A stretch of 60,885 nucleotides of DNA from Acidimicrobiales bacterium (lineage in GTDB: Bacteria; Actinomycetota; Acidimicrobiia; Acidimicrobiales; Palsa-688): the NCBI GenBank assembly GCA_019241495.1, contig JAFAWZ010000273.1, positions 1 to 60,885 of the forward strand. Reading direction: 5' to 3'. The notes under the pieces are model-generated. The model was not told the DNA's origin. It saw only the letters and a program-made list of their open reading frames with translations, and did not search any database. Below, piece after piece: positions 23,912 to 31,080 of the stretch; position 1 is the stretch's first letter; every line of letters starts with the position of its first letter. Made by a program: the position numbers and the translations under genes.

Positions 23912-26171
23912 CGACGCTTCTGGCGGGCAGGTTGGCGAAGGTGGTGACCCCGCCCGAGACGAAGCGGGCGATCTCGTCGGCCCGGTACCCGAGCTCGGAG
24001 AGTATGGCCTGGCCGTGCTGGCCGGGTATCACGGGAGGGCCCGATGGGTGAGCCGGTGTTTCCGAGAAACGGATCAGAGCGCCCAGCTGCTCGGTCAAAC
24101 CCCATATGGGATGGTCATATCTCGCGAGCCAGCCACCTTCGAGGCCCTCGTCCTCATCGAGCCATTTGTGAGTGAACTCACGGTCGGGAACCTCGCTGGG
24201 AACGCCGTGACGCTCGCAGCGGTCGACGCACTCCGTCGTGCTCAACCGCTCGAAGGCCGCGCCGAGCACCTCGGCCAGAGGCCCCGCATTCGATGCACGT
24301 GAGGCCCCATCGTGAAAACAGGGGTCTCTGGTGAGTCGATCAAGATCCAGTGCTGCGGTCAGGGCCAGCCAATGGAACTCCGAGACGCACGCGATGCAGA
24401 TCCATCCGTCCGCCGTGCGATAGAGGCGATAGAGCGGTCCCAACCCGGTTTGGTCCCGGTCGAGGTGGGCCCGGGTCGCCTCTTCGGAGCCAGGTGCCAT
24501 GAAGGCATCCGACGAGAAGAGCGCGCCCACGCTGAGCAGGTCCGTTTCGACCAGCTGCCCCTCACCGGTAGTCAGGCGTTGGCGAAGCGCCTGCAGCACG
24601 GCGACTACCGTCAGAAGCCCGGCGCCCTGATCGACCATCCCAAACCGAAGCCAGGTCGGCTTGCCGCCGTCGGGTGCCGCACCCTGCTCGTGGTCGAGCC
24701 CGCACATGGCCTGAGCCATGGCGTCGGCGCTGGCCCGAGACGCAAGCGGGCCCGTGGGTCCATAGCCGGTGAGATGGCAATACACGACGCCGGGATTCAT
24801 GGCCCGAACCCTCTCGTATCCGATCCCGAGGCGTTCGGCGACCCCGGGACGCATGTTGTGGTGCACGACGTCGGCCTGGACCAGCAGGCGGTCGACGATC
24901 TCCCTGCCGTCTGCGGTCTTGAGGTCCAGTGTGATCGAGCGCTTCCCCCGCTGGCTTCCCGCCCAAACCTGGGTCTCTGCCGAACGAGCAAGGGTCGTAT
25001 TGTCGACACGGATGACATCGGCCCCCAGATCGCTCATGATCATCGGACCGAACGGCCCGGCAACCGCGATACCGAAATCGAGGACGCGGATCCCGTGAAG
25101 GGGGGCAGGCCAACGCTCGCCACTTGTTACAGACGGCCGGCTCGCCTCGGGCTTCTCCATACGGTAGAAGCCGGCAAACTGCTTCGTCACTCCGACACCT
25201 TCGACCTCGACGTCGGCCACGAGCCGGTTGTGGAGGATCTGCTCGTCGTAGAACGCTTCCTCCACCGACAGCACCGGCGCGCACCTCAGGTCACGTTCAT
25301 TGAGGGCCTTCAGCCATTGGTCACTGGCCAGTTGGAGGTACAGCTCCTGCTGAGATGACTGATAGTCACGTATCTCATCACAGGTCCCGGTGGCCGAACC
25401 CCGGACCGGGTTGGCATCCAGCCCGAGGATCTGGAACAGCTGATCCGCCGCTCCAGGAGTCGGGTGGAGCCACCTGCCGTCGCCCGTTTGGAAGCAGGGG
25501 GTGTTGCTGACGCCCGGGCAGCGGTACGAGTGGTCGAAGCCAGGTGGAGGATCGGCGACCCGGCTCCGGTAGAGGGCGGTCCAGGCGAGGACACCGTCGA
25601 ACAACGATGTCTCGACGTGCTGGCCCACGCCGGTCGCGTCGCGTGCCAGGAGGGCCGCGTTGATGGCGCAAGATGCCAGGAAAAAAGCACCCAGGCTGGG
25701 CAATGGGGCATGCAGGAAGACAGGACCGGGGCGCCAGCCCGGTTGCTCCCACTGCATACCGGTCCGGGCCTGTACCAAACCGTCGTATCCGGCGCGTCTG
25801 CCATGTCGAGACCCGCGCGGATAAGCGGAGATCGTGCAATAGACGAGATCCGGCTTCGACTCCCGCAGGGTCTGGTAATCCACGCCCAGGGCCTCGGCCA
25901 CCCCCGGGCGGTAAGCCGCCACAACCACATCGGAGGCGGAGGCCAGATCAATGCACCGCTGGCGATCAGCCGGCTCCTTCAGGTCCAAGCGGACCGAGTC
26001 CTTGCCCCGATTCCACACCGCGTAGGCGGGCAACCGGGACAGCGGATGTGAGCCTGGCCGCTCGACCCGTGTGACCTGGGCCCCGTAGTCAGACATGAGC
26101 ATGGTCGTCATCGGGCCGGCCACGCCGAGGGTCAAGTCGAGAACCCCCACCCCTTCCAACGGACCCCTCAC
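23904..26171 (-). CDS. Tandem-domain family III (CaiB/BaiF) CoA-transferase
   Basis: Two complete modules, each opening with the family N-terminus (PLEGVGVLDLTLGVAGPMTTMLMSDYGA and PLHGIRVLDFGIAVAGPFGPMIMSDLGA). GTG at 26171 lies behind GGGGGG. The ORF-track ATG at 26222 is an alternative start. Confidence 0.8.
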   Translation of the reverse strand: MRGPLEGVGVLDLTLGVAGPMTTMLMSDYGAQVTRVERPGSHPLSRLPAYAVWNRGKDSVRLDLKEPADRQRCIDLASASDVVVAAYRPGVAEALGVDYQTLRESKPDLVYCTISAYPRGSRHGRRAGYDGLVQARTGMQWEQPGWRPGPVFLHAPLPSLGAFFLASCAINAALLARDATGVGQHVETSLFDGVLAWTALYRSRVADPPPGFDHSYRCPGVSNTPCFQTGDGRWLHPTPGAADQLFQILGLDANPVRGSATGTCDEIRDYQSSQQELYLQLASDQWLKALNERDLRCAPVLSVEEAFYDEQILHNRLVADVEVEGVGVTKQFAGFYRMEKPEASRPSVTSGERWPAPLHGIRVLDFGIAVAGPFGPMIMSDLGADVIRVDNTTLARSAETQVWAGSQRGKRSITLDLKTADGREIVDRLLVQADVVHHNMRPGVAERLGIGYERVRAMNPGVVYCHLTGYGPTGPLASRASADAMAQAMCGLDHEQGAAPDGGKPTWLRFGMVDQGAGLLTVVAVLQALRQRLTTGEGQLVETDLLSVGALFSSDAFMAPGSEEATRAHLDRDQTGLGPLYRLYRTADGWICIACVSEFHWLALTAALDLDRLTRDPCFHDGASRASNAGPLAEVLGAAFERLSTTECVDRCERHGVPSEVPDREFTHKWLDEDEGLEGGWLARYDHPIWGLTEQLGALIRFSETPAHPSGPPVIPGQHGQAILSELGYRADEIARFVSGGVTTFANLPARSVDA

Positions 26172-26183
26172 GTGAACCCCCCT

Positions 26184-26205
26184 ATGTGGAATAGTGGTTC
26201 CACAT
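26184..26205. promoter_or_regulatory. Palindrome ATGTGGAA-N6-TTCCACAT in the divergent promoter region; candidate TetR operator
   Basis: Perfect 8-bp arms read directly. Located between the CoA-transferase and DUF35 genes. Confidence 0.45.
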
Positions 26206-26238
26206 CGCGAACTGTACAGCACAGGGGGTTCGGTCAGC

Positions 26239-26709
26239 TTGAACGAAGAGCCACTACATCAGGTGACCCTCTTGGAGGCGCCCACCTCCTGGCAGGGTCC
26301 GGTCCCCGCCATGGATCCGCTGACGGAGCCCTACTGGGACTCGCTGCGCCAGCACCGCCTGGCTCTCTTGCGCTGCAGGCAGTGCGGCTACTGGCTCCAC
26401 TACCCCGTGCCGGCCTGCCGCAAGTGCCTCTCCGACGATGTCGAGTACCAACCGGTGAGCGGGAAGGGATCGATCTACACCTTCAGCGTGGTCCACCGCG
26501 AGTTCGGCATCCACTTCCCGATCCCGTGGGTCGCCGCGTTCGTCGAGCTGGTCGAGCAAGACGGGTTGAGGTTGCCGACCAACATCGTCGGGTGCGCCCC
26601 CGACGAGGTGTCGATCGGGATGCCGGTCCAGGTCACTTACCGGGACTACGAGGATGGCCTGACACTCGCCCTGTTCGAGCCCGATGTCGGCGGCGGGTCG
26701 GGACGATGA
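26239..26709 (+). CDS. DUF35 OB-fold / Zn-ribbon acyl-CoA-associated protein
   Basis: Zn ribbon CRQCGYWLHYPVPACRKC followed by an OB-fold (GSIYTFSVVH). The start is ambiguous: TTG 26239 behind AGGGGG, GTG 26263, or ATG 26311. Confidence 0.7.
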   Translation: MNEEPLHQVTLLEAPTSWQGPVPAMDPLTEPYWDSLRQHRLALLRCRQCGYWLHYPVPACRKCLSDDVEYQPVSGKGSIYTFSVVHREFGIHFPIPWVAAFVELVEQDGLRLPTNIVGCAPDEVSIGMPVQVTYRDYEDGLTLALFEPDVGGGSGR

Positions 26710-27884
26710 CGGCGCGTGATGGAATCGCCGGCCGTGTGGTGGTCGCTGGTGTCGGTTATGCCGCGGTCGAGCGCAACAGCGGAAAGAGCGAGATACAGCT
26801 CACCGTGGAGGCGGCCAAGCAAGCGCTCCACGACTCGGGTATGTCGGCCGGCGACGTGGACGGTCTCACGTCATTCCCCGACCGCTCCGGGGGTGACACC
26901 TTCTCGGGGCCGCTGATCGACCACGTGCAAGCCTCGCTCGGCCTGAACCTCAGATTCTGGCAAGCGGCGGGCAACGGGCCGGCCCAGCTGTCGTGCGCCA
27001 TAGTCGGGGTGCACGCCATTCTGGCCGGGACGGCTGACGTCGTGCTCTGTTACCGGACTGTCCTGGCGCAACCCCGAATGAAGGTGGCCGCCAAGCGAAC
27101 CGGTTCGCTGGCGTGGAACGACGCGGCCTTCACCGCTCCCTACGGGAGCGCGGGCAGCGCCCCGAAGTGGGCGATGGTCGCGACGCGGTACATGCACGAG
27201 TCCGGTACCCGCCCCGAGCACCTCGCCGCGGTAGCGATGAACAACCGTTTCCACGCTCAGCTGAACCCCCGGGCGGTCTGGCACGGCCAACCGCTTACCA
27301 TCGACGAGTACTACGCGTCGCCACTGGTGGCCACCCCTTTACGGCGGGTCGACTGCGACATGCCCATAGATACGAGCGTCGCCATCATCCTGGCCCGGGC
27401 CGACCGGGCGGCCGGCCTCCGACACCGTCCCGCGTTCGTCGAAGCACTCGCCTGCCCGCCCGGTCCCATGGCCACTCACGATCTCATGCCGGACTTCACC
27501 AAGGGCGCGTCGTATTACGTCGGCAAGGAGCTGTGGGCCCGCACCGGACTGAGCCCAGCGGACGTGGACGTGGCCCAACCCTACGACGGCTTCTCGTTCC
27601 AGGCCTTGCAGTGGTTGGAGGACATGGGCCTGGCAGGACGAGGGGAGGCCGGCGACATGGTCGCCGAAGGTCATTGCCGGGTCGGCGGTCGGCTGCCGAT
27701 CTGCACCGACGGCGGCCAGCTCGGCGTAGGTCGCTACCACGGGCTCGAGAAGCTGGCCGAGGCAGCCCGCCAGCTGTGGGGTGGGGCTGGAGAAGCACAG
27801 GTCGCGGGGGCCGAGGTGTCCCTCGCTTGCGCCGGCGGTGGGCCCAGAGGCGCCGCTATCCTCCTGACGAACCAGGCGACCTGA
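26706..27884 (+). CDS. thiolase-like / SCP-x-type lipid-transfer protein (the usual partner of DUF35)
   Basis: ATGA overlap with the DUF35 gene. VVVAGVGYAAVER N-terminus and a thiolase-fold-like C-terminus (CTDGGQLGVGRYHG). Confidence 0.8.
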   Translation: MTARDGIAGRVVVAGVGYAAVERNSGKSEIQLTVEAAKQALHDSGMSAGDVDGLTSFPDRSGGDTFSGPLIDHVQASLGLNLRFWQAAGNGPAQLSCAIVGVHAILAGTADVVLCYRTVLAQPRMKVAAKRTGSLAWNDAAFTAPYGSAGSAPKWAMVATRYMHESGTRPEHLAAVAMNNRFHAQLNPRAVWHGQPLTIDEYYASPLVATPLRRVDCDMPIDTSVAIILARADRAAGLRHRPAFVEALACPPGPMATHDLMPDFTKGASYYVGKELWARTGLSPADVDVAQPYDGFSFQALQWLEDMGLAGRGEAGDMVAEGHCRVGGRLPICTDGGQLGVGRYHGLEKLAEAARQLWGGAGEAQVAGAEVSLACAGGGPRGAAILLTNQAT

Positions 27885-27908
27885 GAAGCTGTCGCAAACT
27901 ACTTCGAG

Positions 27909-28403
27909 GTGGAAGACTTGGCCATGCTTGATACCACGTCCATCCCTGCTGCGCTCCACCGGGGAGCTGACGACCTGCCCTGGGTCGACTTGGGCGACGG
28001 GTCGTTCCTCCAGCTCCTCCAAGTCGACATCCGCCAGGGGCTCTGGGTGGTCAGGAACCGATTCCTGCCCGGAACCGAGATCGTCAGGCACAAGCACACC
28101 GGCCCCGTGTACGCATTCACCAAATCGGGAAGCTGGAAGTACGCGGAGTATCCGGAGGTGAACCGGGCCGGGTCCTTCCTCTACGAGCCGGCGGGCTCCA
28201 TCCACACTCTCGTCGTCCCGGCAGACAACACCGAGGACACACTCGCCAACTTCGTGATCGTCGGCGCCAACCTCAACCTCGACGACGAGGACCATGTGAT
28301 CAGCGTCTACGACGCCGGCTCGGTGCTGCGCTTCTACCTGAAGGAATGCGCCAAGCTGGGCATCGACCGGCCTGACGTCATCGGCATCGAACAGGCTGCG
28401 TAG
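27909..28403 (+). CDS. cupin, 2,4'-dihydroxyacetophenone dioxygenase (DAD)-like family
   Basis: The cupin core HKHTGPVYAFTKSGSWKY...YEPAGSIHTL resembles the DAD family, from memory. The start is either GTG 27909 or ATG 27924. Confidence 0.7.
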   Translation: MEDLAMLDTTSIPAALHRGADDLPWVDLGDGSFLQLLQVDIRQGLWVVRNRFLPGTEIVRHKHTGPVYAFTKSGSWKYAEYPEVNRAGSFLYEPAGSIHTLVVPADNTEDTLANFVIVGANLNLDDEDHVISVYDAGSVLRFYLKECAKLGIDRPDVIGIEQAA

Positions 28404-28424
28404 AGCCCAGTCCGGGCCTGAGAG

Positions 28425-28589
28425 ATGCGCGCCGCCCGGCTGGCCGGCGACTCGGTCGAGATCGTGGACATCGCCGAGCCCGAGCCGGGCCCGGGCGAGT
28501 TGCTTCTGCGCGTCGCGCTGGGCGGGATCTGCGGCAGCGACCTGCACGCTCGAGAAGCCGGCATCCCGGTCGTCGACCCCCGCAGGTGA
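28425..28589 (+). pseudogene. 54-aa N-terminal remnant of a Zn-dependent alcohol dehydrogenase (MDR family)
   Basis: Hand translation: [46 protein letters not shown]... It terminates just before the convergent nitrate reductase stop. The GroES-like N-terminus with the GICGSDLH zinc motif is present, but the remaining ~300 aa are absent. Confidence 0.6.
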
Positions 28590-28602
28590 AGACCCCCGGT
28601 CC

Positions 28603-31080
28603 TCAGGCCGGGCGAAGACGAACCGCGCAGACCTTGAACTCGGGCATCTTGCTGATGGGGTCGAGCGCGGTACTCGTAAGCCGGTTGGCCGAGCACTCGC
28701 CATCCCAGTGGAAGGGAGCGAAGACAGTATCCTGGCGGATGTCGGAAGTGAGGTCGGCTCGGAAGACGGCGGAACCCCGGCGACTCTCGACTACGACAGA
28801 TGAGCCCTCGGCGATGCCGAGCCGGCCGGCCAAGAGGGGATGGAGCTGCAGGAGCGGAGCGGGCTTGGCGAGAGCCAGGCGTTCCAGACGTCGGGTCTGG
28901 TTGCCGCTGTTGTAGTGCTCTCGGTATCTCCCTGTGGTGAGGTACACGGGATAGTCGGCGTCGGGCTCTTCACCAGCCTGGCGATAGCCGACGGCGGCCA
29001 TGCGGGCCCGCCCATCCGGGTGCTCGAACCGTTCGGCGAACAGGCGGGGAGTCCCGCTGTGGGTGTCGGAGGGGCAGGGCCAGAAGACTCCCGGCTCGGT
29101 GTCGAGACGCCGGTAGCTGATCCCTGAATAGTCGGCCCGGCCGCCCGCCGAGGCGCGCCGGAGCTCTTCGAACACTGCTTCGGTGGAGGCGAAGCGGAAT
29201 TTGTCCGCCACACCCAACCGCTCGGCGAGCCCGGCTAGCACATCGATATCGGTTCGTACCCCCACAGGAGGCTCCAGGGCGCGTCGGCGGCGGATGACCC
29301 GACCTTCGAGGTTGGTGGTCGTACCGTCTTCTTCGGCCCACTGAGTGACCGGCAGCACGACGTGGGCCAGCCGGGCGGTCCGGCTGAGCAGCGCATCGGC
29401 GACGACGAGAAGCTCCAGGGCTTCCAGGCGTTCAGAGATGCGGCCCGCGACCGGCGAGGCGACGGAGAGATCGGAGCCGAAGACGAGCAACCCACGAAGG
29501 CCGTCGGGCGTCCCGATGCTGTTGAGCATCTGGATGGCACTCAGGCCCGGTCCAGGAAGGTCTTCAGGGTCGAGGCCCCATATGGCCGCGACCGCGGCCC
29601 GATCGGGCGGGCTGGTGATGGACCGGTAGCCCGGGAGCTGGTCGGCCTTCTGGCCGTGCTCCCGGCCCCCCTGGCCGTTGGCCTGTCCGGTGAGGCACCC
29701 GTACCCGCTCGCCGGTCGGCCCACTCGCCCGAGTGCCAGCATCAGGTTGATCAGCGCGTTGACCGTGTCGACCCCTTTGGATTGCTGTTCCGGGCCCCGG
29801 CCGGTCAGCAGCATCGACGACGACGGCCTCGCCAGCGCGTCCAAGAGCCGGCGCAGCTGGGATCTGCTCACCCCAGCGACACTCTCTACCCGGCCAGGGT
29901 CCCATGCAGACACCGACCGCCGGACCTCGTCCCAACCGGCTGTGCGTTCCCCGAGGTAGTGCCCGTCGATGGCGCCGGACACCTCCGCGAGGCACAGCAA
30001 CCCCAGGGCGACAGCCAGATCCGTGCCAGGCACCGGTTGTATGTGCAGGTCGGCCGCCTGGGCAGTGGCTGTCCGGCGAGGATCCACCACGACCAGCGTG
30101 CCACCCTGGGCCTGCATCTTCTCCACCCACTGCATGAGTGGAGGCATGGTGTCGGCGGGGTTGGCGCCCCAGAGCACCAGGGTCGCGGTGTCGGCAATGT
30201 CGGAGATCGGGAAGGGCAGGCCCCGGTCGATACCGAACGCCCGGTTCTGCGCGGCGGCCGCCGAAGACATGCAATACCGGCCGTTGTAATCGATGTTGGC
30301 GCTGCGCAAGGCGACCCGGGCGAACTTCCCGAGCAGATAGGCCTTCTCGTTGGTAAGAGCGCCGCTGCCGAACACGCCCACTGCGTCCGATCCGTGAGCT
30401 GCCTGGATCGCCTGGATACGCCCGGCGATCTCGTCCAAGGCCAAGTCCCAGCTGGCCGATGTCAGGCGGCCCGCCCGGTCCCGTACCAGCGGGTGGCGTA
30501 GCCGGTCAGGGTTGGTGATGAGCCCGACCGAGGCCCAGCCTTTGATGCACATGCGCCCTTCGTTGACCGGGAAGGAGGCATCCGACTCGACGTCGACGCC
30601 GCGGCCGGCACCGTCGAGATCGACGGCGGGACGCAGTCGCATACCGCATTGGAGGGCGCAGAAAGGGCAGTGGGTGGCCGTGCCACCCTCGTCGGGCACC
30701 TCGCCCGGAAGGCCGCCCGCGCCGGTGGTTACCGAGAGCACCTCCACCGAGGAACCCCAAACCCGAACCGGCCATACCCGAACTCCGGCGGAGACGCCGT
30801 CGAGGCATCGCCCGCTGTCGAGGTCGAAGCGATGCTTGTACATGGGCGACGCTACGTAGTCCGTGTCATCGGTGGAGCCCAGCAGCCCCCGAGCCAGGAC
30901 GTTGGCCCCCGACATCGGGTCCCGGTTGTCTATGGCCCGCAGCCGCGACGCCGGCTCACCGATGGCTTCAGAAGGAAGGAGGAAGATCGCCACCTGCTGA
31001 CCATCCACGAGGGCGGCCGCGCCGCGCCCCGGTTCGAGCTCTCGCAAAGAACAGACCCGCACCCATCGTCTCAGCGTCAT
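28603..31080 (-). CDS. Fusion of NirD (nitrite reductase small, Rieske-like subunit) with an assimilatory nitrate reductase catalytic subunit (NasA/NasC/NarB-type molybdopterin oxidoreductase)
   Basis: The N-terminal ~115 aa are NirD-like (VCSLRELEPGRGAAALVDGQQVAIF...SPMYKHRFDLDSGRC). This is followed by the 4Fe-4S motif HCPFCALQCG and a MopB body ending in KVCAVRLRPA. Confidence 0.85.
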   Translation of the reverse strand: MTLRRWVRVCSLRELEPGRGAAALVDGQQVAIFLLPSEAIGEPASRLRAIDNRDPMSGANVLARGLLGSTDDTDYVASPMYKHRFDLDSGRCLDGVSAGVRVWPVRVWGSSVEVLSVTTGAGGLPGEVPDEGGTATHCPFCALQCGMRLRPAVDLDGAGRGVDVESDASFPVNEGRMCIKGWASVGLITNPDRLRHPLVRDRAGRLTSASWDLALDEIAGRIQAIQAAHGSDAVGVFGSGALTNEKAYLLGKFARVALRSANIDYNGRYCMSSAAAAQNRAFGIDRGLPFPISDIADTATLVLWGANPADTMPPLMQWVEKMQAQGGTLVVVDPRRTATAQAADLHIQPVPGTDLAVALGLLCLAEVSGAIDGHYLGERTAGWDEVRRSVSAWDPGRVESVAGVSRSQLRRLLDALARPSSSMLLTGRGPEQQSKGVDTVNALINLMLALGRVGRPASGYGCLTGQANGQGGREHGQKADQLPGYRSITSPPDRAAVAAIWGLDPEDLPGPGLSAIQMLNSIGTPDGLRGLLVFGSDLSVASPVAGRISERLEALELLVVADALLSRTARLAHVVLPVTQWAEEDGTTTNLEGRVIRRRRALEPPVGVRTDIDVLAGLAERLGVADKFRFASTEAVFEELRRASAGGRADYSGISYRRLDTEPGVFWPCPSDTHSGTPRLFAERFEHPDGRARMAAVGYRQAGEEPDADYPVYLTTGRYREHYNSGNQTRRLERLALAKPAPLLQLHPLLAGRLGIAEGSSVVVESRRGSAVFRADLTSDIRQDTVFAPFHWDGECSANRLTSTALDPISKMPEFKVCAVRLRPA

